A stretch of 32,000 nt of DNA from Nitrosopumilus maritimus SCM1 (GTDB lineage: Archaea > Thermoproteota > Nitrososphaeria > Nitrososphaerales > Nitrosopumilaceae), in assembly GCF_000018465.1 (NCBI RefSeq), contig NC_010085.1, forward strand, positions 420,001-452,000, given 5' to 3'. The notes below the pieces were generated by a model. It was not told where the DNA came from. It ran no database searches and saw only the letters and a list, made by a program, of their open reading frames with translations. Both the position numbers and the translations under genes were made by a program. Each line of letters begins with the position of its first letter. The first letter of the stretch is position 1. This document shows positions 18,080-26,389 of the stretch, piece by piece.

Positions 18080-19159
18080 ATGGAAATACTAGAACTAATC
18101 CAGGCTAATCTTCTTACTCCAATAATTCTTTTCTTCTTGTTTGGAATTATTGCAGCTCGAATAAAATCTGACTTGAAGATACCTGCAGCAATTTCAGAAT
18201 TTTTGCCAATCTATCTTCTAGCTGCAATCGGTCTTCATGGTGGAATAGAAATGCGAAACACTGGATTTGAAAACATGTTGATTCCAATGTTTGTTGCAAT
18301 TGGATTGTCATTGTTGTTTACATTAAATCATTATCAAATTCTTAGACGATTAGGAAAATTCAATCTCTTTGATTCTTATGCACTTGCATCAACATACGGT
18401 GCAGTAGGTGCTGTACACTTTTCAGTAGGCCTTTCATTCTTGAAAAATCAAGGCGTATCCTCTGAAGGATACATTGCAGCAATACTTGCAGTACTAGAAC
18501 CATTAGCATTCATTTTGGCAATTTTCATGACAAACATGGCAGTTGCAAAACAGATCAAAACAAAGAAACAGTCTTTCTCTGATGATTCTACAGAAATCGA
18601 TATTGGATTAAACCAAACAAAAACAAAACTCTCCAAAGTCTTACATGAATCAATCACTGGAAAAGCAATCGTAATTCTTCTTGGCAGTATTGTGATTGGT
18701 TATATCATTGGCAAGGATGGATTTGAGCCAATCAAGATTGTATTTGATGACATGTTTACTGGAGCTATAGTAATTTTCATGATTGAGATGGGAATTATTG
18801 CTGGTCAAAGACTAGATGACATCAAGAAGGTAGGTGTATTTCTTACTGCATTTGCAATAATTATTCCTCTATTCAATGGAACCATTGGTGTGCTAGTCTC
18901 AACTGCACTAGGATTGAGCGTGGGTGGTGCAGTTATGTTTGGATTACTGATGGCCAGTGCTTCATTTATTGCAGCTCCAGCAGTTTTACGCCATGCTATT
19001 CCTCAAGCAAAACCAAGTTTGTATATCACATCTGCATTAGGAATTACATTCCCATTTAACATCATAGTAACATTACCAATACTGTTTACATTATCTACAT
19101 TCCTTCATAGTGGAGAAGGAGCGATAGACTTATTCAATTTCATTACGGAGGGATTCTAA
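18080..19159 (+). CDS. sbtA: Sodium-dependent bicarbonate transporter family protein (SbtA-like, DUF897)
   Basis: About 10 TM segments; IPAAISEFLPIYLLAAIGLHGGIEM, ASTYGAVGAVHFSVGLSFL, ASASFIAAPAVLRHAIPQAKPSLYITSALGITFPFNI are SbtA-family features recalled from known members. Confidence 0.75.
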   Translation: MEILELIQANLLTPIILFFLFGIIAARIKSDLKIPAAISEFLPIYLLAAIGLHGGIEMRNTGFENMLIPMFVAIGLSLLFTLNHYQILRRLGKFNLFDSYALASTYGAVGAVHFSVGLSFLKNQGVSSEGYIAAILAVLEPLAFILAIFMTNMAVAKQIKTKKQSFSDDSTEIDIGLNQTKTKLSKVLHESITGKAIVILLGSIVIGYIIGKDGFEPIKIVFDDMFTGAIVIFMIEMGIIAGQRLDDIKKVGVFLTAFAIIIPLFNGTIGVLVSTALGLSVGGAVMFGLLMASASFIAAPAVLRHAIPQAKPSLYITSALGITFPFNIIVTLPILFTLSTFLHSGEGAIDLFNFITEGF

Positions 19160-19461
19160 TGAAACTATACAATGTTAAACTACTAACAATTACTTGTGAG
19201 ATTTTAGCTCAAGAAAATATTATAGAGATTCTCAAAAAACATGAAATCACTGGATATACCACCTATGAAGTTGATGGAAATGGTGCACGTGGTTTACGTG
19301 GCCAAGGATTGAAAACCGAAAAGAATGTCAAGGTAGAAGTGATTATGAGGGAAGAAAAACTACAAGACATTGTAGAAGAAATATCTAGAACTCTATTTGC
19401 AAATTATGCTATTGTTCTTTATGTCAGTGACGTTGGCGTACTGCGACCTGAAAAATTCTAA
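19159..19461 (+). CDS. PII-like signalling protein (SbtB-like)
   Basis: 100 aa; MKLYNVKLLTITCEILAQENIIEILKKHEITGYTTYEVDGNGARGLRGQ...VKVEVIMREEKLQDIVEEISRTL has PII-type topology with an SbtB-like T-loop. Stop/start overlap (TAATG) with the sbtA-like gene. Confidence 0.7.
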   Translation: MKLYNVKLLTITCEILAQENIIEILKKHEITGYTTYEVDGNGARGLRGQGLKTEKNVKVEVIMREEKLQDIVEEISRTLFANYAIVLYVSDVGVLRPEKF

Positions 19462-19757
19462 CAACAAGAATCATCTGAACACAAAACTGGCATCTTTTTG
19501 CTAGCGTTTGTGACATTTGATATTAATTCTGATAACTGGTTGTTTGAAATTGCATACATTGCCTTTTTTCCTTCATCTCTAGACTTTACAATTCCGCATT
19601 TTTTGAGTGTCTTGAGATGATGTGATACTAATGGTTGATCTTTTTCTAATTTTTCTACAAAATCATTTACACACAATTCTTTGTTTTTTTGTAACAATTC
19701 TAAAATATCAAACCTTGTCTCATCGCAAATACACTTTAGTAGATTGACTCCATTCAT
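19458..19757 (-). CDS. ArsR/SmtB family transcriptional regulator
   Basis: DETRFDILELLQKNKELCVNDFVEKLEKDQPLVSHHLKTLKKCGIVKSRDEGKKAMYAI; C-terminal CSDDSCC thiol cluster. Confidence 0.88.
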   Translation of the reverse strand: MNGVNLLKCICDETRFDILELLQKNKELCVNDFVEKLEKDQPLVSHHLKTLKKCGIVKSRDEGKKAMYAISNNQLSELISNVTNASKKMPVLCSDDSCC

Positions 19758-19768
19758 ATCAATTTAGA

Positions 19769-19778
19769 TTTATATAAA
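19769..19778. promoter_or_regulatory. Palindromic TATA-like element tttatataaa in the 40-bp arsR/arsC divergent gap
   Basis: Perfect palindrome whose centre is about 24 bp upstream of the arsC ATG, compatible with a leaderless archaeal promoter. Confidence 0.5.
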
Positions 19779-19797
19779 CTGCTATTTATGTGATGAT

Positions 19798-20196
19798 ATG
19801 GAAAATGTGCTATTTGTGTGCGTAGAAAATGCGGGCAGAAGTCAGATGGCTGAGGCATTTTTTCGAAAATATGGTCCTGCAAAATACAATGTGATTAGCG
19901 CTGGCACAACTCCGTCTTCTCAACTAAACCCTGTAGTAGTTGAGGTTATGAAAGAAGTTGGCATTGACATGACTCAACAATCTCCAAAAACACTATCCAA
20001 TGAAATGATTGAAAATTCTTCTAAAACAATCAACATGGGATGCATGGATAAAGAATCATGTCCTGCATTATTTGTAAAAGATGTTCTTGATTGGAATATT
20101 TTAGATCCTAAAGAAAAGTCAATTGATGATGTAAGAGAAATTCGTGATCAAATCTTAAAAGAAGTTTTGGATCTTGTAAAATCCCTTGAGGAATAA
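19798..20196 (+). CDS. arsC: Arsenate reductase, low-MW phosphatase (thioredoxin-coupled) type
   Basis: P-loop CVENAGRSQMAEAFF; second Cys pair INMGCMDKESCPALF; DWNILDPKEKSIDDVREIRDQI. Confidence 0.88.
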   Translation: MENVLFVCVENAGRSQMAEAFFRKYGPAKYNVISAGTTPSSQLNPVVVEVMKEVGIDMTQQSPKTLSNEMIENSSKTINMGCMDKESCPALFVKDVLDWNILDPKEKSIDDVREIRDQILKEVLDLVKSLEE

Positions 20197-20198
20197 TT

Positions 20199-20882
20199 TT
20201 GGCGTATTCAAATTTACAGATTTTTACTGTGGAATTAATTGGAACTTTTATTCTTGTCATCTTTGCAACTGGTTCCATTGTTTATGATGCAGAATTTTTT
20301 GATGGACAATTAGGAATTCCATTTGCTGCCATTGCACCATTCATTGCACTACTAATTGGTGTCTATTCTTTTGGTAAAATTTCTCTTGCACATTTCAATC
20401 CTGCAGTAACCATTGGATACTATATCACAGGACACATAACCAAAATTCAGATTTTGTATTATTTTGCAGCTGAAATTATTGGTGCACTATTAGGTTCTCT
20501 ATTTGTCATGAAAGTTATTGGAGAAAAAGCAAATCTTGGAGCCAATGCACCAAACTATGATTTTTCGTTAGGTTTGATTTTTCCAGTTGAAGTATTGGCA
20601 TCTGCAATGCTTATGGGTGTAATCTTCTACGTGGTGTATACAAAAGGACTGAAAGGATTTAGTGGAGTTGCCATTGGTGGAATTGTCGGATTGGATATTT
20701 TGTTTTTAGCATTTATCTCAGGAGCTTCTATGAATCCTGCAAGAGCACTTGCTCCTGCATTACTATCTGGTACTTTTAGTGATTTGTGGCTATATTGGAC
20801 TGCACCTTTTATTGGAACCATGATTGTGGCTTTTCTATTTCGTGGCAAATTCCAAGCCCAACGAGCCTCAAATTACGAATAA
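20199..20882 (+). CDS. Aquaporin / MIP family channel
   Basis: Both NPA boxes: HFNPAVTIGY and SGASMNPARALAPALL; six TM-like segments; 2-bp gap from arsC. Confidence 0.9.
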   Translation: MAYSNLQIFTVELIGTFILVIFATGSIVYDAEFFDGQLGIPFAAIAPFIALLIGVYSFGKISLAHFNPAVTIGYYITGHITKIQILYYFAAEIIGALLGSLFVMKVIGEKANLGANAPNYDFSLGLIFPVEVLASAMLMGVIFYVVYTKGLKGFSGVAIGGIVGLDILFLAFISGASMNPARALAPALLSGTFSDLWLYWTAPFIGTMIVAFLFRGKFQAQRASNYE

Positions 20883-20907
20883 TAATAACCAAAATTACTC
20901 TCTCATA

Positions 20908-22182
20908 TTGAGCAATTCTAAACTGTTCTCAGATGCCAAAAAAGTAATTCCTTCAGGCGTCAATAGTCCTGTAAGATACTTTGAACCATATCCATTTTTC
21001 ACAAAAAAAGCAAATGGTGCATACATTTGGGATGTAGACAATAGAAAATTAATCGATTTTTGTAATGGTTATGGTGCTCTACTTTTAGGACACAGAAGAA
21101 AGGAGATTATTAATTCTGTTTCAAAACAATTAACCAAAGGTACTCTTTACTGTACTCCTACTGAAGGAGAAACTGAACTTGCAAAATTAATCATTGGTAA
21201 TTTCCCATCAATTGACAAAGTTCGATTAATGAACACTGGTGGTGAAGCAACAATGACTGCAATCCGATTAGCTCGTGGATTTACAAAAAAGAAAAAGATA
21301 ATCAAATTTGAAGGATGTTATCATGGTGCTCATGATTCTGTTTTAGTAAAAGCTGGATCTGGTTCAGCACACAATGGAATTTCAGTTTCTGATGGTGGAT
21401 TAGATGAAGTATCAAAGAATACTTTGGTGGTACAATATAACAACATTGAAGATTTACAAAAAACAATTCAGAAAAACAAAGACATTGCAGGAGTTATTGT
21501 TGAACCAATTCTTGCTAACATGGGACTGATTTTACCTGAGAAAAATTTCTTATCTGATTTAAGAAAAATTACTAAAGAAAATAACATTCCACTAATCTTT
21601 GATGAAGTCGTCACTGGATTCAGAGTTGCCCCTGGTGGTGCACAAGAACACTTTGGAATAAAACCTGACATTACTACAATGGCCAAAGCATTAAGCAATG
21701 GATTTGCAATTTCTGCAGTTGGGGGCAAAAAGGAGATAATGGATTTACTTTCTCCAGGTGGTAAGGTCTATCAAGCAAGCACCTTTGCAGGCAATCCAAT
21801 ATCAGTTAGTGCTGCAATTGCATCAATTAAGACCATAAACAAACTCAAAAACAAACTATACTCTAAACTTGAGAGATTCAATCTTCTATTTTCTACTGCC
21901 CTTGATGATATGGCAACTGACATGGGAATTCCTCATCAAATCAACTTTACAGCCTCAATGTTCCAGATTTTCTTTACAAACAAGCCTGTTACAAACTATG
22001 AAACATCAAAGAAGGCAAATGCAAAGAAATTCCAAAAATTATTCCGTACACTACTCAAAAAAGGGATATTCATTGCACCTTCTCAGTTCGAAGTAGTCTT
22101 CTTGTCTGATGCACATACTGAAAACGATCTAAACAAGACCCTTGATGCATATCATTTAGCACTAAAATCGGTGAAAAATTGA
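20908..22182 (+). CDS. hemL: Glutamate-1-semialdehyde 2,1-aminomutase
   Basis: SDAKKVIPSGVNSPVRYF, MNTGGEATMTAIRLARGFTKKKKIIKFEGCYHGAHD, LIFDEVVTGFRV, YQASTFAGNPISVSA. Track start at 20824 extends into the aquaporin gene; TTG at 20908 is the more plausible start. Confidence 0.95.
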   Translation: MSNSKLFSDAKKVIPSGVNSPVRYFEPYPFFTKKANGAYIWDVDNRKLIDFCNGYGALLLGHRRKEIINSVSKQLTKGTLYCTPTEGETELAKLIIGNFPSIDKVRLMNTGGEATMTAIRLARGFTKKKKIIKFEGCYHGAHDSVLVKAGSGSAHNGISVSDGGLDEVSKNTLVVQYNNIEDLQKTIQKNKDIAGVIVEPILANMGLILPEKNFLSDLRKITKENNIPLIFDEVVTGFRVAPGGAQEHFGIKPDITTMAKALSNGFAISAVGGKKEIMDLLSPGGKVYQASTFAGNPISVSAAIASIKTINKLKNKLYSKLERFNLLFSTALDDMATDMGIPHQINFTASMFQIFFTNKPVTNYETSKKANAKKFQKLFRTLLKKGIFIAPSQFEVVFLSDAHTENDLNKTLDAYHLALKSVKN

Positions 22183-23114
22183 AGTACATTGTAGGGGCTA
22201 GAGGAAGTCAATTATCAGTTGCTCAAACAAACTTGGTAATTGCAGAGCTGAAAAAAGCACATCCCGATACAGAATATGAAATTAAAACAATTACAACAAA
22301 GGGGGACACTGATAGTAGACCATTATTTACAATAGACCAAAAAGGAATTTTTGAAAAAGAGATTGATAGAGCAGTTGCACAAAAAGAAGTTGATTTTGCA
22401 GTACATAGTCTAAAAGATGTTCCATCTGAACTAGACGATAACTTGGTATTAGCTTGCATTCCTAAACGAGAAACAGTCAATGATGTGTTTATTTCTCCAG
22501 ACGGTTCCACTCTTGATTCTATAAAACCTGGTTCAGTAATTGGCACAAGTTCACTTCGAAGAGCAGTCCAAGTATCACGAAAAAGACCTGATGTTACAGT
22601 AAAGCCAATTCGTGGAAACATTGAAACTCGAATCAAAAAAGCATCTGGAGAAAACTATGATGCAATCGTTCTTGCAAAGGCAGGAATTTCTAGATTGGGA
22701 GTTGATGTAAAGTATACTGAATTATCAACTGATGATTTTTCTCCATCTCCTGGTCAGGGGGCAATTGCTATTGTTGCAAGAGCAGATGATTCTAAAACAA
22801 TTGAGATGCTCAAAAAGATAGAAGATCCTGATTCTCGTTTAGAAATAGAAGCAGAGCGTGCACTTTCTGACTTTGTTGATTCTGGTTGTAGATTCCCTGT
22901 TGGTGCATATGCAAAGTCTAATGGTTCTGAGATGACTTTGACTGTAACAGCATTTTCTGTTGATGGAAAGCAATTTCTTCACGTAAGTAAAACTGGCGAT
23001 AAAAACAATCCAAAATCTCTTGGTCAAAGTGCAGGAGAAGAATTACGTGAGAAGGGAGTAAATGATCTTGCATTAAATTGGAGAGAAAAAGTGGAGGAAT
23101 GGAATAAGACATGA
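22179..23114 (+). CDS. hemC: Hydroxymethylbilane synthase (porphobilinogen deaminase)
   Basis: GARGSQLSVAQTNLV, FAVHSLKDVPSEL, GTSSLRRAVQVSRKRPDV, RGNIETRIKK, SGCRFPVGAYA. Confidence 0.95.
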   Translation: MKYIVGARGSQLSVAQTNLVIAELKKAHPDTEYEIKTITTKGDTDSRPLFTIDQKGIFEKEIDRAVAQKEVDFAVHSLKDVPSELDDNLVLACIPKRETVNDVFISPDGSTLDSIKPGSVIGTSSLRRAVQVSRKRPDVTVKPIRGNIETRIKKASGENYDAIVLAKAGISRLGVDVKYTELSTDDFSPSPGQGAIAIVARADDSKTIEMLKKIEDPDSRLEIEAERALSDFVDSGCRFPVGAYAKSNGSEMTLTVTAFSVDGKQFLHVSKTGDKNNPKSLGQSAGEELREKGVNDLALNWREKVEEWNKT

Positions 23115-23851
23115 CAGGAAAAGTGTATCTTGTTGGAGCAGGACCTGGTGACAGTAAACTAATCACACTTCGTGCAGTTGAACTATTGAAAAAAGCAGAC
23201 GTTGTATTGTATGATAGATTGGTAAGCAAAAAAATCATCTCAATGATTCCAAAAAAGACCAAAAAAGTCTATGTTGGTCGTGCAGTAGGTGATGATACCA
23301 CTCATCAAAATACTACAAATGATTTGATGGTAAAATATGCAAAATCAAAAAAGAATGTTGTTAGACTAAAGGGAGGAGATCCTATAATCTTTGGACGTGG
23401 CGGAGAAGAAGCAGAATTTCTTAAAGAAAACAAGGTAAAGTACGAAATCGTTCCAGGTATCACTTCTGGAATTGGTTCTGCCACTTATGCTGGAATTCCA
23501 CTCACTCACAGAAAACATGCATCATCAGTAGTCTTTGTAACTGGTCATGAGGATCCTGAAAAGAAACAAGAAATTGTAAAGTGGAAACGACTTGCAAAGT
23601 CAGTAGATACTATCGTAATTATGATGGGATTATCTAGAATCAATATTATCTGTAAACAACTCATTGCAGGTGGAATGGATAAAAAAACACCTGTTGCAGT
23701 AATTCAAAACGGAACTACTCCTAAACAAAAAATGATTAAAGGAACTGTTACAAACATTGCAAAAAAAGTCAAAGAAAATAAAATAACTCCTCCTGCTAAT
23801 ATTATCATTGGAAATGTTGTTGATTTGTCAGAAACTATTGGGTGGAAATGA
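23111..23851 (+). CDS. cobA: Uroporphyrinogen-III C-methyltransferase (SUMT)
   Basis: VYLVGAGPGDSKLITLRAVELLKKADVVLYDRLV, VRLKGGDPIIFGRGGEEAEFL, VPGITSGIGSATYAGIPLTHR. Confidence 0.95.
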   Translation: MTGKVYLVGAGPGDSKLITLRAVELLKKADVVLYDRLVSKKIISMIPKKTKKVYVGRAVGDDTTHQNTTNDLMVKYAKSKKNVVRLKGGDPIIFGRGGEEAEFLKENKVKYEIVPGITSGIGSATYAGIPLTHRKHASSVVFVTGHEDPEKKQEIVKWKRLAKSVDTIVIMMGLSRINIICKQLIAGGMDKKTPVAVIQNGTTPKQKMIKGTVTNIAKKVKENKITPPANIIIGNVVDLSETIGWK

Positions 23852-24654
23852 TGCTTGATGGAAAGACTATAGCAATCACTCGTTCATCTGATGATGCTTC
23901 TGAATTTATCTCTCTTGCAGAACAAACCAATGCAACACCAATAGCCTTACCGACAATTGAACTTGTTAGTAAGGGTGAGAAAATTGTTGATGAGTTTCTG
24001 GATTCTGTAGAAACATACAATCCTGATTATTCTGTTTTTATGAGTTCAAAGGCTGTGAAACTACTCTTTGATACTGCAAAAGAATCAGGAAAACTAGAAA
24101 CCCTTCAATTGGCAATTGCAAATACCATTGTAATCTCTGTTGGTCCAAAAACAACCATTGCTCTTGAAACACAAGGCATCAAAGTTAATCATCAACCTGA
24201 AAAAACATTCTCTTCTGTAGGTGTTGGAGAATTATTTACGCAACTCAATGCAGTTGGGAAAAAAGTTATAGTGCCTAGAAGTGGTGCATCTACACCATTT
24301 CTCAAAGAATTACTAAACAAAATTGGAATAGATGTATCTGAAATTCATCTCTATGACGTATGTGCATTTAGAGATACATCTCAATGGAATGGATTTAGAG
24401 AATTATTCTCACAAAACAAAGTTGATGGTGTGGTGTTTACGAGTGCATCCTCAGTTCGAGGATTCTTTGAGATAATGACTAAAGATTATGATGAAAATTC
24501 TTTATTAGATAATCTAGCCAAACTTTCTGTAGTTTCCATCGGACCATTCACTTCTGATGAATTAAAGAAATTCAAAGTTAAGAATACCGTTGCTGAGGTT
24601 CATACTGTTGCGGGTGCCTTTGAAGCAATGAAAAATACTCTTACCATTGCATAA
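23842..24654 (+). CDS. hemD: Uroporphyrinogen-III synthase
   Basis: DYSVFMSSKAVKLLFDTA, IVISVGPKTTIALETQGIKV, DGVVFTSASSVRGFFEIM; last in hemLC-cobA-hemD order. Confidence 0.85.
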   Translation: MEMMLDGKTIAITRSSDDASEFISLAEQTNATPIALPTIELVSKGEKIVDEFLDSVETYNPDYSVFMSSKAVKLLFDTAKESGKLETLQLAIANTIVISVGPKTTIALETQGIKVNHQPEKTFSSVGVGELFTQLNAVGKKVIVPRSGASTPFLKELLNKIGIDVSEIHLYDVCAFRDTSQWNGFRELFSQNKVDGVVFTSASSVRGFFEIMTKDYDENSLLDNLAKLSVVSIGPFTSDELKKFKVKNTVAEVHTVAGAFEAMKNTLTIA

Positions 24655-24695
24655 TTAATGATCAAATTCTAATACTTTGAAATTCCTTTCAAATC

Positions 24696-24884
24696 ATGGA
24701 GTATGAAATTAAAAAGAAGATCCATATCACATGTCCTCATTGTGAAAAAGCAATAGAGACTGAAATTGAAATCGAGCTAGAAATCGAAGAGAAGAAAAAG
24801 AAAGACAAGAAGAAAGATAAGAAAAAAGACAAGAAAGAAAAGAAAAAGGATAAGAAAAAATCAAAAAAGAAATCAAAGAAATAA
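24696..24884 (+). CDS. Small protein with one CPHC knuckle and a long Lys-rich C-terminal tail
   Basis: 62 aa: MEYEIKKKIHITCPHCEKAIETEIEIELEIEEKKKKDKKKDKKKDKKEKKKDKKKSKKKSKK. Confidence 0.7.
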   Translation: MEYEIKKKIHITCPHCEKAIETEIEIELEIEEKKKKDKKKDKKKDKKEKKKDKKKSKKKSKK

Positions 24885-24941
24885 TCTAAACCTGAAAAAT
24901 TTAGCTCATCCTATTTAGCTCTGCCTATTTTTCCTCATGTA

Positions 24942-24950
24942 TTTATAATA
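24942..24950 (+). promoter_or_regulatory. TATA-box-like element (tttataata) upstream of sufB
   Basis: Located 20-28 bp before the sufB ATG at 24970, consistent with a leaderless archaeal promoter. Confidence 0.5.
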
Positions 24951-24969
24951 TAACGGGGTTATTTCGCTC

Positions 24970-26370
24970 ATGGCAACTGAAAACCTTGACATGGATTATT
25001 CAAAATATGATTTTAAGGACTCTACAGAAATGTATGTCCACCTTAGCAAGAAAGGCCTGACTAAGGAAACTGTAATCGAAATCAGTAAAATGAAAGATGA
25101 ACCACAATGGATGCTTGATTTTAGATTACGTTCTTACGAAGTCTTCATGAAAAAACCAATGCCAACTTGGGGTGGAGATCTTAGTCTAATTGATTTTCAA
25201 AATATCTACTATTATGCAAAAGCATCTGAGAAAACAGAAAAGAACTGGGATGATGTTCCAGAAGATGTCAAAAACACTTTTGACAAATTAGGAATTCCAG
25301 AAGCTGAAAAGAAATTCTTAGCAGGTGTTGGTGCACAATACGAATCAGAAGTTGTATACCACAGCTTAAGAGAAGATTTAGCAAAACAAGGTGTTCTCTT
25401 TTTAGATACTGACGCAGCTCTAAAAGAACATCCTGAACTTTTCAAAAAATACTTTGGAAAAGTTATTCCTCCAGAGGATAACAAATTCGCAGCACTAAAC
25501 AGTGCAGTTTGGAGTGGTGGCTCATTCATCTACGTTCCACCTGGTGTCAAAGTTGACATGCCACTTCAAGCATACTTTAGAATTAATGCTGAAAACATTG
25601 GTCAGTTTGAAAGAACATTGATTGTTGTTGATGAAGGTGCAGATGTACATTACATTGAAGGTTGTACTGCTCCTGTTTACTCTTCAGAGTCATTACACTC
25701 TGCAGTTGTTGAACTAGTTGCACACAAAGATGCACATCTAAGATATACAACAATCCAAAACTGGAGTAACGATGTCTACAATCTTGTAACAAAACGTGCT
25801 TATGCATATGAAGGTGCAACAGTTGAATGGATTGATGGAAACATTGGAAGTAAACTTACAATGAAATATCCTGGAGTCTACCTTATGGGCGAACGTGCTT
25901 ATGGTGAAACACTATCTATTGCATTTGCAGGCAAAGGACAACACCAAGACACAGGCGCAAAAATGGTTCACATGGCACCAAACACTACCTCTAAAATTAC
26001 ATCCAAATCCGTAAGCAGATTGGATGGTCGTTCAACTTACAGAGGATTACTAAATGTAGCAAAAGGTGCTACCAACGTAAAGTCTACTGTAAGATGTGAT
26101 GCATTACTCCTTGATGACACATCAAAGACTGATACTTATCCATACATGGAAATCAATCAAGAAGATGCAACAATTACTCACGAAGCAACAGTTGGAAAAA
26201 TTGGAGATGAACAAATCTTCTATCTGATGAGTAGAGGATTTTCTGAAGAAGAAGCATTATCCCTAATTGTTAATGGTTTCATGGAACCATTTACAAAAGA
26301 ACTTCCAATGGAATATGCAGTTGAGTTAAACCGTCTCATCAAACTTGAGATGGATGATTCTGTAGGATAG
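24970..26370 (+). CDS. sufB: Fe-S cluster assembly scaffold protein SufB
   Basis: [59 protein letters not shown]; [33 protein letters not shown]. Confidence 0.96.
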   Translation: MATENLDMDYSKYDFKDSTEMYVHLSKKGLTKETVIEISKMKDEPQWMLDFRLRSYEVFMKKPMPTWGGDLSLIDFQNIYYYAKASEKTEKNWDDVPEDVKNTFDKLGIPEAEKKFLAGVGAQYESEVVYHSLREDLAKQGVLFLDTDAALKEHPELFKKYFGKVIPPEDNKFAALNSAVWSGGSFIYVPPGVKVDMPLQAYFRINAENIGQFERTLIVVDEGADVHYIEGCTAPVYSSESLHSAVVELVAHKDAHLRYTTIQNWSNDVYNLVTKRAYAYEGATVEWIDGNIGSKLTMKYPGVYLMGERAYGETLSIAFAGKGQHQDTGAKMVHMAPNTTSKITSKSVSRLDGRSTYRGLLNVAKGATNVKSTVRCDALLLDDTSKTDTYPYMEINQEDATITHEATVGKIGDEQIFYLMSRGFSEEEALSLIVNGFMEPFTKELPMEYAVELNRLIKLEMDDSVG

Positions 26371-26389
26371 TCCTATTGGTTGTGGTAAA

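Noticed and set aside
22223-22636. 137-aa minus-strand ORF opposite hemC
   Set aside because: Antisense of an unambiguous hemC with no recognisable domain.
25212-25529. 105-aa minus-strand ORF opposite sufB
   Set aside because: Antisense shadow of sufB.
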